Part shown: in pieces, positions 40,024 through 54,409 of the stretch
How the letters are laid out: every line of letters begins with the position of its first letter
Numbering within the stretch: the stretch's first letter is position 1
NCBI RefSeq assembly: GCF_009914755.1
Contig: NC_060927.1
Strand: one strand, 5' to 3'
DNA length: 64,000 nucleotides
Origin: the human T2T-CHM13v2.0 reference genome, Homo sapiens
The notes under the pieces: generated by a model
The model's database searches: none
Seen by the model: only the letters and a program-made list of their open reading frames with translations
Told to the model about the DNA's origin: nothing
Translations under genes and position numbers: made by a program

Positions 40024-40160
40024 TCTGTACCATCAATATGAACTGGGAGCTCCTTAGAAATGCAAAACCCCAGCCCCTCCTCAGATGTATTAAATCAAAA
40101 CCCGCATTTTAACAAGTTCCTGAGATGATTCATGTGCACATGAAAGTTTGAGAAGCACAG
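40024..40160. mobile_element. MER5A1-type hAT element (left tip at about 34938-34956)
   Basis: ctgggagctccttagaaatgca...gcattttaacaag...gtgcacatgaaagtttgagaagcac. Matching start tgctactcaaatatgg at 34941-34956. Confidence 0.8.
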
Positions 40161-40284
40161 GGTTAGAATAATCTGCTCAATGATTCACAATTATCCAATG
40201 GAGGAGTTGGGATCCAAACTCCAGCAGTCTGACTTCAGGGTAGAGGTGAGTGACCACTACACTTAACTGTGGGACCGTGAAGTC

Positions 40285-40420
40285 AATGCCATATTATCCC
40301 CCATTTACAGATGTAAAAACAGCTTAGAGAGGTTAATGGACTTGCCCAAGGTTGTAAGTTGCCAGCTAATGAACAACCAAACAGGAATTAAAAGCAAATC
40401 TGCCTGGTTCCCAATCTCAG
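40285..40420 (-). mobile_element. MIR
   Basis: tattatcccccatttacagatgtaaaaacagcttagagaggttaatggacttgcccaagg. Confidence 0.85.
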
Positions 40421-40429
40421 CTGTTTGCA

Positions 40430-41110
40430 TTGGTACGGATAGTTTCCAAATAAGAGTGAACATCAGAAATAATTAGAGAATGTTTTAAATGCAGATTGCG
40501 GCCCCACTCCAGACACAGCAAGTCAAAATCTCTAGGTTGAGGCTTGAAAATATACTTAACAACAGTGGTTCTCAAACTTGAATGCACAGTAACACTACCT
40601 CTGGGATTTTTTTTCTTTTCTTTTTTTTTTTTTTTTTTTTTGAGAAGGAGTCTCAGTCGCCCAGGCTGGAGCGCAGTGGCGTGATCTCGGCTCACTGCAA
40701 GCTCCGCCTCCCAGGTTCACGCCATTCTCCTGCCTTAGCCTCCTGAGTAGCTGGGACTAGAGGGGCCGCCACTACGCCCGGCTAATTTTTTTTTTTTTTT
40801 TTTTTTTTTTTGTATTTTTAGTAGAGACGGGGCTTCACCGTGTTAGCCAGGATGGTCTTGATCTCCTGACCTCATGATCCACCCGCCTCTGCCTCCCAAA
40901 GTGCTGGGATTACAGGCGTGAGCCACCGCGCCCAGCCACCTCTGGGATTTTTTTAAAATCCTGATGCCAAGGCCAGATCTCAGAGCAATTAAATTGAAAC
41001 GTCTGGGGGTCAGACTCAGACACCAGAACTTGAAAGCTGTTGAGAATGCCTGTTTTAAGAAACTTCCAGCTGATGCTGATGCTCAGCCAGGCATGGAGAC
41101 TCTGCTTTAC
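40430..41110. mobile_element. Cluster of MER5A/B fragments (one split by AluY)
   Basis: cagtggttctcaaacttgaatgcac, tttaaatgcagatt...gccccactccagac, ccagctgatgctgatgctcagccag. Confidence 0.7.
40614..40937 (-). mobile_element. AluY with expanded middle A-tract
   Basis: Y features (gcaagctccgcctcccaggttcacgccattctcc). TSD acctctgggattttttt at 40597-40613 and 40938-40954. T run at 40786-40811. Confidence 0.95.
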
Positions 41111-41659
41111 AGGGAAATATGCACCTGTCCACAGGGCTGCCCACTGGACTCCTGTGCATATAGGTTAGGAAGAAGTGACTAGTAAGCAAATAAAAAATAC
41201 AGAATTTCAGAAAACTACTTTCATTTCTAAAGCCAACCTTATCAACCGGCTTTAAATGTGAAAAAATGCAATTAGTACTCAAGATCACTGATGTATCAAA
41301 GAATCATTAGCAGCCAAAAAGCAAGAACTCTGTACTAAATATTTGTATCTGTTTCTAAATCAACATTTTTATCTCCAGGAATATCGACATTCACTAGTCA
41401 TTATTCTGGAACTCTTGTCAAGTGTCCATGTTAAGAGAGACAGGAACTATCTGCAACAGTCAGGGAAACCGGAAGCGAGAAACCCAAGACCCACCAAGGC
41501 AGAATGGAGAAAGAGTGCAGCTAGGGGTCTCTTACAAGCTGTTGGCAGAGAATCTCAGGAGCTCAGGGTTAAAAGGTCCCCAGAAGTCAGGAATTAAAGC
41601 CCTCTTTCAAAACCTGACTTCTGCCTACAACATCTGGCCCGACTCGAACCACCACCTAT

Positions 41660-41800
41660 ATATAAATCACCCAGGTTGTTTAAGCTGCAGTAACTTCTAA
41701 TCCCAGCCCAAACCTCCCACATTGCCATCATCTGGGAATGGTGCTTTAAAAAATAGGTTCCCCAAGTGATCTGCATGCACATTAAAGTTTGAAAACAGCT
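41660..41800. mobile_element. MER5-type fragment
   Basis: aatcacccaggttgtttaag...ccccaagtgatctgcatgcacattaaagtttgaaaa. Confidence 0.65.
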
Positions 41801-42959
41801 ATTATGATAGTTCTATTAGGTACTTCTAGCCCAGTGCTAGGCAGGGGCAAATTCACCAAGCTAGCATCACTCTTGGGATGTTCTGGTGGCTAGCCATCTG
41901 GCATTTTCCCCTTGAACAACACATATCTTCATAACTCTGTCTTTCCTATCTACTCTGGAGTTAATTGGAGGTTGTTCTACTCATATCTTAGTATGTAGAC
42001 TATTAGCCATGTAATGGACATTAGACATCGTATAATCAAATGTGTCCAATATGCAGGTCACTTTCACGTAAGCGAACACAAGTTACCTTTTCTCCCTCCT
42101 AAATATGTCCAATTGGCCTATTTGGCAAGGTTTCACTGACAGACAAAAGGTACTTGGTATTGACCAACACCCCAAACTACAGAGTAGACAGTGCCATATC
42201 TCCCTTCAAGGGCTATCCAGAGTGAATCTTCTCTTTTCCACAGGACAGTCTTTAATTACTTACAAATACATATCACATCCCTCTCAAATCTTTTGTTCAT
42301 CAAGCTGAATAATCCCATGTCCTCTAGCTTTTTCTTTTTACTAAATTGCCTTAAAATTATGTTTGTATGTGTGTGGTCTTACATAATATATATTATTGTT
42401 TTGGTGCATGTATTTTTAGTTCATGTAAATGGAAGTGTGTAATATCACAGATGTTTTATCAAATGTGGTCTTTAGGAGCTACACATGTTGCTATGCACAC
42501 CTCTTACTTTTTTCTTTTGCACTGTGGTTTCTCTATACCTTCCCCTACCACTCCTCCTGCACACCCCTAAATCTTCCTCAATTTATTGTTTTACATGTAC
42601 TCCTCTTTATCCATGTCCCTTTTAAACTGAGGTATTCAATCTGAACATTGCCCCAGCCACTAAAAAAACACAGAATACTGGAGATATATTTTATGGATGT
42701 GTCATTCCACATACTCACAACAGTTTCCCTTAAGTACACTCTTTAGTTGAAATACTATTATAGTAAGACTACCTCACTTAAATCATTTACCATTGAAGGA
42801 CATTCCACTCCTTCTTAGGCTGAACAAATCTATGGCATGGAGAATATTGTTTCCTAAACAGACTAACACTGCATTCTATTTCCTTGTATTCTTTTTGCTT
42901 ACAGAAATGCTTGGTGTGTTGTTAAAGGCAGTCTCATCAAAAGAGACAGAATATTCAAA

Positions 42960-43150
42960 ATAAACCTTGGAGATCACCCAGCATGAAGTTGCCTGAGGAG
43001 GTGGTAGTAAACCCTAAACATTTTATGAAGGAGGAGACTGAGGTCCAGAGGGGTTCAATGACTTGCTCAGAGACACAAGCCAATTACTACAGCCTGTAAG
43101 CTGAGTCAGAAGCCCCAGGTGTCCTGACTCCCAAGCCAGCTTTCGCTAGC
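42960..43150 (-). mobile_element. MIR
   Basis: gaaggaggagactgaggtccagaggggttcaatgacttgctcagagacaca...tcctgactccca. Confidence 0.8.
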
Positions 43151-44504
43151 ATCCACGAGCCATACACCCTGCGGCACAGTGGAAGGCTGTGAATTGGCTC
43201 TTACAGCTGCCCACCCCTCACCCACCCTCTGATTCTCTGAAAGCAGAGTACACAGACCCAGTCTGTTTTGGAGTTTCAGAGCTGCAGCCTGCATATTTAA
43301 CACTGGTTTTAGCTATCAGAAATGGAGAATAAATAGCACTATAATAAAACCCATAAAATATACCAACTTGGATTTTTTTCAGGATGGCTCCAAGCACAAG
43401 TTGGTAATCAAAAGGTTTTGAGAAAAACTGGAAATAGTGTTTGCTGTGTTGAAAATTTCCGGAATCTTAAGAGCATCCCTGTTCTCCATCACCCACCAGC
43501 TGAATACTTTAGGAGGAGAGATGTGTTACTCTAAGTCACAAGGAAGGAGGACATTTTCAAAAGGCCTCATAAAGAATGCTTCCTCCTCACATCTTTATGA
43601 GCCATTCCCACTTTAGAGAATAAAACTGTTTAGGCTTCATGTTTTTCCATATTCCCAGAGCAGCAGCCGTCAAGGTGGTAGAAGAAATGGTGGTTGCACT
43701 TTCCAGCAAGTATGGAAGCTGTCAGGAACAGCAAGTGACAGTTGTGTTGGCTACACTTTTGTAGATATCTGGGTTTCCAGGGCTACTAATAATGAAGCTT
43801 CCCTCTTCCTCAAGCATTTGGCCAGGATTCAAATTTGTCACCAGCTAATTCCCTCTTAAGGGGAAAAAAAAAGTCCAGGAAGCACTGTTTCCCATTAGTG
43901 TAGTCAAGTGAGAAGCAGTACTTAGCATGATTTTTCTATTCATATAGTACCTTTAAATAGAAGCTCCCATTTCAAGAAGGCCTAATGAGCATACACAACT
44001 ACCTCTTTTCCAACCCAAGTTCCCAGTGACATAACTAAAAGGATATTGGTTAAAGGGTGAAATCATAACAAGGATATCACATAAGAAAGAGAGCAATTCG
44101 GGCATCAGAAAGTTTGAAGAAATACTGAAAGACAGAAGAAAGATGAAATAGAAGGGACATCACCATCCAAAACACCAGAAGTAGGAGGTGTTTCTCCCAG
44201 GAGAAGCTGGAAACAAGACAAGCAACTTGGTGTCGATAAACAACAAAAAGCAGAAATAGGCTCTGAGGCCATCAGACAAGTTCACTGAATAATTCTTTTT
44301 AGATCAACTGAGACAGGAAAGTGTTGACTCCTCTTCAAGGTATACAGAATACAAATAGCAGAACTTTTGTCTACTTGGAGGAAGCTTTACAAATACTCCT
44401 TAACAAAATGGACAATTGTCTAAGTGAGGATCAATGTGTGGATGCTTGGGGCAGAGGGAGAAGGAGGGCAAAGGTTCATGCACTTCCATACTCCACCTCA
44501 AATC

Positions 44505-44590
44505 ATAAAGGAAAGGGGGAGGAGGATGAGGAGGAAAAGCTCGAACAAGAAAATGAGGAGGGAGGAGGAGGAAGTACAAGAGGAGGAGAG
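44505..44590 (+). repeat. GAG/GA-rich low-complexity tract
   Basis: ggaggatgaggagg...gaggagggaggaggaggaag. Confidence 0.75.
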
Positions 44591-44739
44591 AGCTCTTCTT
44601 CAGGTATCCTTCCCTGGAGCAAGCCCTTTCTGACTTGAGCTGCTGTGGCAGCTGAAGACAAATGCCTGCTTCACCTCAAAGTGCCCTTCATGTGACTCAC
44701 TCACTTACTTTCCCTCCCATGAGAGGAAGTCCTGCAGGC

Positions 44740-46260
44740 ACACACCAGCCCAACGAAATAAGAAACCATACCAGCAATATACACTAATCAATCTAGCTCT
44801 TCATGCATTCATGTGTATTAACCAATAACCAGGACTCACTAGACATTTGAGCAAGAACTAGAGAAAGAAGCTTTAACACAGTGACTAAACCAAATAGCTG
44901 ACTCAAGAAGAAAGAAGTATTTCAAGGTCCAGAGAACACAGAATGAAATTTTAAGAAATCTAATTAATATACTCAGCAGTCACATAGTTTCATTTCTATA
45001 AAACAACTCAGGTGTTGATCCAGAAGACAAAGCAAAATGGAAAATGTAGAGGGAAAAGTTAGGTGATATGGAGGATAGAGTCAAGGAGTCCAACAGCTGT
45101 TTAATAAACATTCCAAAAATAGAAGACAGAGACAATGGATGTCTCTGACCAAATTTCAAAATTCCAACGATAAAGAAAAAAATCCTAAAAGTTTGCAAAC
45201 AGAAAATATGTAATCACCTATAAGAGAAAGATCAGACAAAAGTCTTGGTGATTTTATTTATCAACCACGAATACAGCACTTATTTCATGCCAGGCCCTTT
45301 TCTAGGTAATTTAAAGAATACATGTATTTAGTGAAGTAAAGTGTCACATTCATTCTCAGCAACAAGTCTGGGTACTAGAACACAATCAAATAGTGTTTTT
45401 AAAGTTGTGAGGAAGTATTTTTAATCCTTAAAACCCACCTATGTTCAAATCATTAAGTCAAATGTGAGCAAAATAAGGCATTTTTTGGTCATGTAGAATT
45501 TGGAAAACTTATGTTTCATGTAGAAAAAAAAAAAAGATGCTAGAAGCTAATGCAACAAAATTAAAAAGAGATATAAAAATACAATATAAGATATAAGACT
45601 GTGGTGGCTGAATATGACCTAAAAGAAATGAAGAAAGTTGAAAATAAATTAAACAATGATTCAGTGGACCTTGACGCTTGAGATATTCTCTTTTAGCATC
45701 AATGGTTTAGTGACACCAGATGATATTTCCTTCTGTATGACCAGGCACTAAGTCTGATACGACTGGATAATCTTCACATAATCATAACATAGAAAATGCT
45801 GTTTGTAGGTTTAAATTTTTTGAATAAGCATATAGTCAAAACAAGAAAAGTTTCATTGCAGAAGTATAAATTCAAATAAAAAATATGAATGTAACAAAAA
45901 TTGAAACAAGAAAAAAAGAAGAGAGGCTGGGAGAAAATATAAGTGAAACAAATAGGTCATCCTTCATGTCAGGAAGTCAATAAATAAAATCTAGCATTAA
46001 TAAATCAAGAAAAGAAAGTATTAGTGACCATTTAAGGTTGTAATGATGAACATCAGAACAACTAAATATCAAAAAATTTAAAAATCAGTTATAGAGGTAT
46101 ATGGGAACTATTTGTACCTTCTGCTCAATTTTTCTGTAAACCTAAACTGCTCTAAAAGTAAAGACTTAATTTTTTTAAAGGGTAGTTACCTGTGTGGGGT
46201 AGGTGGGTAGCCTCTCTGTGTGGCTTAAACATGTTTATTATGATTACTTTAATAATATGT
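44740..46260 (+). mobile_element. Ancient L1M/HAL1-like remnants with a short L1 3' end at about 46090-46175
   Basis: ORF1-like gatatggaggatagagtcaaggagtccaaca...aaagaaaaaatcctaaaagttt. 3' end atatgggaactatttgtaccttctgctcaatttttctgtaaacctaaactgctctaaaa. Confidence 0.6.
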
Positions 46261-46466
46261 TAAATATAGCTTAAGTATTAAATAACAATGAAACAGGATG
46301 GAGAGTTCTTGACAAATATATTTGATCCTTATTATGGTTATTTATATATTTGTCTTACCTCCATAAACTCTTTGAAAACTTGTCTAGTATTTCCTGTATT
46401 AATTAGCACAGTGCTTTTCTTCTTAGTGTAATTTTTTAAAGTATTTGTAAAAATTTTAAAGAAATA

Positions 46467-46769
46467 GGCTGGGTGTGGTGGCTCACACCTGTAATCCTAG
46501 TACGTTGGGAGGCCAAGGCAGGCAGATCAGGTCAGGAGTTCGAAACCAGCCTGGCCAACATGGTGAAACCCTGTCTCTACTAAAAATATTAAAAAATTAG
46601 CCCGGCATGGTGGTAGGTGCCTGTACTCCCAGCTACTCGGGATGCTGAGGCAGGAGAATCACTACGATAATCATTTGAACCCAGGAAGTGAAGGTTACAG
46701 TGAGCCTAGATCGTGCCACTGCACGCCAGCTTGGGCAACACAGCAAGACTCCATCTCAAAAAAAAAAAA
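46467..46769 (+). mobile_element. AluS (Sg/Sx-like)
   Basis: Full Alu. TSD aaaattttaaagaaata at about 46450-46466 and 46766-46783. Confidence 0.95.
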
Positions 46770-47749
46770 TTTTTAAAGAAATACAAGCATAAAGGCACAA
46801 TTATTGACGTTTCTTACTAATTTTCCAATTCCATCAATACCCTCATGTGTGCAGTATCTAGTTAAGACAGATTTTGGCCAGGAACCAAGGTCATCCTGGT
46901 GCCATCTACTGCCTGTCTGCCCTCCTTTCTCATGGCTCCCCAGCTCTTCATGGCTCTCCTAAACCTGTGGCCTTCACTGGCCTTTGCCTGGCAATGGCTG
47001 GGTCCTTCCACACACCTGCATTGCTTCTGTTTGCTCTGAGGTGTGATGGCTTTGTATTTCCAGTCTCTGAATGTCCTCCCTTGCTGCTGACAGCCCACAC
47101 ATCCAACTCTCTCTCATTCCCTGCCATCCGTTTTCTTCATCTTTGCTTTCCCCCTGGGTATCTCTTCATCCCACCCCTTACTGCACATGCCCATCCATTT
47201 TCATCTGTCCCTCTCCCCACCACTTACCTGGCCATAATGTTAGTCTAAAGTACATTTTATTTGTTATGTCTATTGATTAAAGCTTTATGTTCCCTCTTCT
47301 TAATTAACTTAGCATTCATCCTTCTCCCATATCTTGCTGTTGTATATTTCAAACAATAGACATATTGCTGATAAAGCTATTTGTAAATCAATGTTCTGTA
47401 AACTGAATCATGTTTCAAATATACTGGAAGAACTTGCTAGATAAAAGAATCATGTGATGAAAAATTAAAACAATTCCCAATAATGCATATTTTTTGTGCA
47501 TCTAAAGTTTCAGATAATGGCCATGTAAAATAAAACAAATTCATTGTAATGCCACCTGCCACAATCATTCTGCCACAGTTTTGGTTGATCACCTCAAGAT
47601 AGATATTAAATCTGAAAATAAAAGTCTGTAGAAGGTACTAGATGATTCCCCCTGGAGACTCTTCTATAGGAAAATGGAAGCGTTGGAAGATGAAGGATGA
47701 ATGAGTACATGCTTAAGGTTTGAAAATTTACAAAAGATAAACATGCTAA

Positions 47750-48270
47750 GAAGATTCATTCATTATATATACATACATTTAGTTACTGTTATATTCCAGG
47801 CAATCTGCTAGGTATTGAAGATAAAAACTGGATTAAGACAGTGCTTGCCCTCAAGGATTCACAGTCTAATAGGGGATACAAACACGTAAATAATTTCAAA
47901 ACAATGTGTAAGTATTATATAAATAATGGTAGAATGTATCTTTTTTAAGGCTCAGCAGTGGCACCCCCTGGGGAAATCTTCACAAGAGCAGAAACTGGGT
48001 CTGTTTCATCTCCAGTGTCTAGCTCAGAGCCCCACTTACATCAGACACACAACAAATATTTGTTGCTAAGCTGTCGAGTGATCCACTCTGCTATGGAGGG
48101 AGTTGGAAAGAGCAAATCAGCAAGGGCATCAATGAGGACAAGATATTTAAACTGGGACTTCAAGAAGAATGGATGTTTTATAGTAAGGCAAGGATGGAAA
48201 ACAGCATTCCAGGTAGGAGAAACTATGTATCGAAGTACAGAGGTGACGGAGATCACTGGACACTCAAAAA
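47750..48270 (-). mobile_element. L2 fragments
   Basis: attcattcatt...ccaggcaatctgctaggtattg...tgccctcaaggattcacagtctaatagggg; agcattccaggtagga. Confidence 0.75.
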
Positions 48271-48508
48271 CTGCAAGTGCCTCAATGTCAAGGCAGCACA
48301 CATCACTCAGAAAGCCATCTCTCATATTACCAGGAGGAAGGAGAAACCACTTTCTTTTATGTGTAGCTCAGTATCTTGGTTTCTTTTTCCCCTTTATGGT
48401 TTTGCCTATACTTATCATTGGGTTGTCTCCTGTTCCTCTATGCCTCTTCGACAAAATTGGTCCCTCAAAGGTGTATTAATTCTTCCAAATACTAGCCCCT
48501 CTTTTCTT

Positions 48509-48860
<352 letters not shown>

Positions 48861-49399
48861 CCTTCTTTTCTTATATTCCTAAGCTAATGTCTTAGCTCAA
48901 TTGTTTGAAGTAGCTCCCTAGCATGTGTATGTTAGTGCAAGATGTGTTACTCATTCCAAATGACTTTTTGGTTGCCCCTGTAGGACCTGTCAGAGATGGT
49001 ATACTGACTATGTGGGTTTTCATAGGTAGCATGAGCTTACACCCAGGATTTTCTGGGACAATTTTTATTTTAAACACTCTATTCTATTGTTCTCTAAACC
49101 TTCAAAGTCTCTGAAGTTTGAATGTTTCATCTTCAATCTATGTATTCCAGTCTGATTCACAGCATGAAGCTGCACAAAATTCTTTTGTTAGATCATCTGT
49201 CACAATTTTTGTTACCTGCTTCATGGGTCTTGTCTCCTACAATTTGTACACCTTAACATTTGGTGCAACAAGTTTTCTTCTCCATGGCTACTCTGGAAAC
49301 AGGAGCTGCATGTTTGTCATGAGTGTGCAGCACATTAGGTGAAAACTGGAAGCTATCAGCATTGCCCTCAGGAAGGGCAGAAGCAGTAATAAAGGTAAT

Positions 49400-49540
49400 G
49401 AGGCAGAATGTACAATGCATGGGCTTTACAGCCAGCCAGGCCTCATTCTAATTCCATCTCTCTCACTTACTAACTGAGTAACTGCCTAGCACAGTAGCTT
49501 GTCTTGGCCCATCTCAGTGCTTTTCCTCTTCCACCAAGGG
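49400..49540 (+). mobile_element. MIR fragment
   Basis: gcatgggcttta...ttctaattccatctctctcacttactaactgagtaac. Confidence 0.55.
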
Positions 49541-50949
49541 GTGAAATAGAGGCAGGAGGTCTCCCAGCCAATGAAGTTGGTCACCTACCAATGCCTAATG
49601 CAGAAAGAAAATATTAATAGATACTCTTGGCCTTCTATACCTGAAGACCTCCTTCTGCCATCAGTCACATATGTTTCTATACCACCTTCATGAGGAGATA
49701 TGGCCCACACTCTATCCCTTCTCTCTTCTGATCAGTCTCCCCTTTATTCTCCCTGACCCAAGGTTTGCAAGCAATAATACCCCAAAGTGTAACTGTGACT
49801 CACACAGCCACAAGCTAGGGAAAGGGGTCATGAGCAAGGGAAAGGCTCTTTGCAAACCTTACATTTTCACCCTGACTTCCCAATTCTCACTTCTCTCTCA
49901 CCCCTCAAGGATGCTGCATAAGATTATATAAGTTTGTCCTGCACAGATGTGCCCAACCCAGTCAAGGGATGCACTCATGCAGCCACATAATTGCAAATGG
50001 GTGTCTTTTCCTAAATCACACAAAGATACTGGATGGGCCAGCAGTGGCCCTTTTTCTGATTAAATGTGCTCCAGACGACCATTTACATAATGCCTGCTCA
50101 GGACCCATCACCTGCTCAGAGCCCCCTCCTTCCCTTCTCTTGCCCTCCCCTCATCACCCCAGCTGTCTTTTTGTCTGCTCTTCTCTTCCATTTATTCTCC
50201 TCTCTATTCTCCTTTCAACCCTTTCACATGCCTTGGTCATTTTATGGGAATACAAGGACAACGCATTTCATCTTACAATTACACCAGACCCTCCTTAATT
50301 CTAACTCTTATCGACTCCAAATTGGCCTTCTGAGGCCGAAGTATAGGGCAGGACTACACAGCAACGTGTGGGCAGTCATTTTCTAAGAGCTAAAATACAC
50401 ACCCAATTTACATGACTATTTGCATTTGTGTATAAATTATACATCAATATGTATCCTCCTAAGACAGTCAGTTACTAAAATAATTTTGCTACTCTCAAAC
50501 TTGTCATTGCTCAATTTTTCCTCTCTTCCTCTTGTTACAACACCCACACACATCTTTTCATTCCTTGAGAGAAAGAAAATGAGAATAGAAACAGGGGAAG
50601 AGAGAGAAAGAATACCCTAAGAGTGGAATACAGGAGAAAAAGGAGCAAAGGAAAAAGATAAACATGAGAAAAAATAAGAAACATTTTTGAGCAATCGTAT
50701 AAAGGATACCACTGTCATGGTCTTGAAATTATGATTAGGCGCAATGTAATTCACCCCCAAAGAAAGCAAAATAAATATAAAATCAATTATACACAACCTC
50801 TCCATAATTTCAGGTAAAAATTATTAGAACTTAAATTCTTCAGGAGGTTTCCTTCATAGGTCACTTTGCTGTTCAAATCTAGATTCAGTCTTTTAACAGT
50901 AAGTGTTAACAGCTTCAACTGTTTTGTGCTCACACTAAACTGGCTTTAT

Positions 50950-51415
50950 GCAGTGGCACTGTAAGAGGATCAAACAAGATGGAATCTCTCCTCCCTGCCC
51001 CATCCCATTCCACCCCAAATCGGGCATCCAGGCAGCCATGCCTTCACCACAGGACTCCTGCATCCGAGGCGAATCATATTCTTTCCCCTTGGGACTCAGA
51101 GATACCAGGTGGTCTGAGCTCTTCGTTTGAGCTCATGAACTGAGTTTGCCTTAGAGAAAGCCATCTTCAGCTGGGCAGAAAGAAGCACAAATAATGACTG
51201 CAGAGAGAGAAAACTGAAGTAGAGAGAAATCTTGAGGCTTAAAACGTGCTTATGCCTAGGTTTGGGTGGGTTGTTAGCTTCAGGTTGCAATCCCATTTTC
51301 TGCCCTTGGGAACTCTGAGACACCCATGTGTCCTTATTAATAAACTCCCACTCCCTGTGCCAGCCAGTGTGAATAGGTTTTTGTTATTTTCCACCAAAAG
51401 AATCTTGACTAAGAC
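50950..51415 (+). mobile_element. LTR33-like (ERVL) LTR remnant
   Basis: ctgcccttgggaactctgagacaccc...aataaactccc...gtttttgttattttccaccaaaagaatcttgactaagac. Confidence 0.6.
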
Positions 51416-52394
51416 TGTTTAATCAAATTAATCCAGAGGCATTTCCAATTCAGTTTTGTATTTCTAATCATTTTTAACACATTTGAAGTGTTTTACAGAT
51501 GATGGGATTTTTTTTTCTTTTTCTATTAAATAAATTTGACTCTTCAGGATATGGTTAGCTTGTCTAAGGAACTTTCCTTAAGAGCATTATATTTTCAACC
51601 GTAACAATATCAGATACTGTAGGGACACATATCACTTTGTGTTGCACAATATATTATGGCTTTGCAAATTATACATCTTGGAAAATAAAATACATTGAAG
51701 TTCAATAAAATTCTTACCCAAGGGTCTCACTTCTTCATTCCTGCCATCAAAATACCAACACCTCATTAAATGTGAAGAAACATTAGAAATGTGCTAATTC
51801 AGTTAATAAATATGTGGAAAGAGCAAAGGCACAAATAACAAAAAAAGGCAGTAAGAATGAGGCAATAATAATAAAAAAGAATAACTATGGTAAATTCTGC
51901 AGGATAGGCTGCAGACTTGGTAAGAATTTATTATAGTAGAACTAAGAAAGTAGAACTTGGTTGGAGATTCACAAAACCTAGAGGAGGAATCTGTGCCAGC
52001 CTGAATAGAGTCCTTTCTCTCTGCCCTACTTGTGTGTAGCACCCAGGAGTTAATATCAAAAACCCATTATGCATTAGTTCTTGTTGGTTGTATAACCATG
52101 CATCAAAGCTAATATATGATGAAATGCATGTCCTTCACATTGCACAATATAGAATCAGTCATTCTCAACTATTTTTTATATTTTCAGAAAAGAAATATAG
52201 GTTCAGATAATTTATAATCTATGCATTCAAAACAATGTTTATTTCTGTCCTATCAACTATGCCTATGACTGGGAGATCCAATCCCTGTTGTTAGTTGAGA
52301 TAGGTTTGAACTAATCCGATGTTCATGCTCTAATTTCTCCATTCACTGTTACTAATGTAACTAAAGTTGGATTGAAAGACATAGAATCATAATT

Positions 52395-52650
52395 ATCATT
52401 AGTAATATTCAATATCTACTGTGTGCCAAAGACTGTCAGGTGACATATATAAATATATATATGACAAATAAAATTATCTTTCCAATTCTATAGGGCAGGT
52501 ATTACTCTACCTATTTTACAGATAAGCAAATTGAGGTTTAAAGAAATTAGATAATTTGTCTAAATCACACAATAAATCAATGACAGTATCAAGACTGAAC
52601 CCAAGTCTCTCTTAATCCATAATTCATATATTTCTATTTCACTTGGACTG
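52395..52650 (-). mobile_element. MIR
   Basis: ctattttacagataagcaaattgagg...tttgtctaaatcacaca...actgaacccaagtct. Confidence 0.85.
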
Positions 52651-52754
52651 AACATAAAACTACACTAAACAGCCTCTGAAACAAATGAAAAGAAAGATAT
52701 TCAATCACTTAATTGTTCATTCATAAATATCAATTTATTTTTATTAAGTGCCTA

Positions 52755-52870
52755 CTGCTGTGTTGCACAACTTCAGAGGTACCCCTCACAATGTATCTCA
52801 TATTAGGCTCTCCCCACTAGCACAACGATGTGGCTAGTGCTCCTGGAACTGCAAAACTTACAGACCCTCT
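52755..52870. mobile_element. MER91-like fragment within an L2 tail
   Basis: gctgtgttgcacaacttcagaggtacccctcaca; flanked by L2-like tttattaagtgcctact and caaggccttgt. Confidence 0.5.
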
Positions 52871-54409
52871 CTACCATTGCACAAGGCCTTGTATAAGATA
52901 CAAAAGTAAGGCAGACAGTCTTTTCCTTACAGAAGCCTATGGTCTATTCTTTCTGAGGATAAATAAAATACCTATTAACCATTAAATAAAATACCATAAT
53001 GCTTCGAGAAAAGTAAAAATACAGTGGACCTTCCAAAGCAAGCATCCAATTTCCCAAAGGATGCTTGAGGAGATTAATAAAGGAGCCCTTTAAATACCAT
53101 GAGCAATTTGCTAACTGCACAGGTGGCCTGACATGGCCCACTGCTGCCAAACACATTCAAAGACACCACAAGGAAGCGAGGCGAACAGGAAAAGCTTTTT
53201 TACATTTTTTTTTAATCTCCTGTGTTGATTTATCTTCCTCTGTGCTATGGGTGGAAACAAGTCCATCTCCCTCCTCCTCTCAATTTCACCTCCTCTCCCA
53301 TTTCAACACACACACACACAACAGACACTCTCCAATTTAAATTTATAATTCCTCTGTGTTCCTCTTCATTCGGGTTTCTTTCGGGTTTCAGTGACTCAAG
53401 ATTAGGGAATGCAAATAGGTGTTCTCTTGTTACCTGCCCTAGCTCAATAACCACTTGTCAGTACACTGACAATACATGAAATTAAAGGACATCCGAAAAG
53501 ACTCATGATTCTAAGAATAGACATCAGAGAATATTAAAAAGTAATGAATCCATGATTGGACACCAAGTAAACTTCCCTTCGTGTTATTTCTTTGGCTCAC
53601 GGATATCTGATAATGCACTTATGCCTACAAAGTTAAGTATATTAGGTCAAGGATTCAATTTTGATATTTTTTCACATATCTAACATTATCTATTGCTACA
53701 GTTCCATAAAAATATTAAACTGATACTAATCATATAGATACGTGAATACACACACACACACATACACACAGCAATGCATGTCCCCTACCCTGAAATAAAC
53801 TGCAGCTGTTCTTCATTTCCCTCCTTCCATTGGTACCTAAGCTTTTATTCTTACTGAGGAAGGAAGATATTAATTTTTTGCTCTAGTAGTCAGAAGATTA
53901 GAAGCATTAAAACAGATGCACCACAGTCACGTTTACTTGAGTTTTTTTTTTAATCTAAAGACCAAAAGGAAGCAAATCTAATTGGCAGATACATGAAACA
54001 GGGCTGCTTTCTCAAACAGATTATTTTCTTGCTGCTGACTTTCTTCTCATGCTCTATCCAATGCCTCATCTTTGAAAATACAGGGTTTGCTTTGTAATGA
54101 ATCTTAGGAAATCCTCCCTGTCACTCAGCCAGCCAGGAGCAGTCTTCTATGGCATGGCACGTCCCTTCACAGGTGGCTACGCCTGCGGAGAAGACATCAG
54201 AAATTCCCCAGAGGGAAGAAAAAACACAAAACAGACGGCTTAAAAGTCAAATAAAGAATTAAGTGAGAAAGGGTGTTTTCCTTCAGGGAGGAAGGAGATT
54301 GGGGAAGGTTACAGAGAAGACAGGGACTAGATAGACCTGGAAAAGGATTGCCCTCTTCACTCCAGGGGGAAATCCACAGTAAGTGATGCCTTAGACCAAA
54401 CCAAACCTG

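Noticed and set aside
44321-44638. ORF with acidic/Gly-rich tract (EEDEEEKLEQENEEGGGG)
   Set aside because: Explained by a GAG-rich low-complexity tract; it has a non-ATG start and no splice or homology support.
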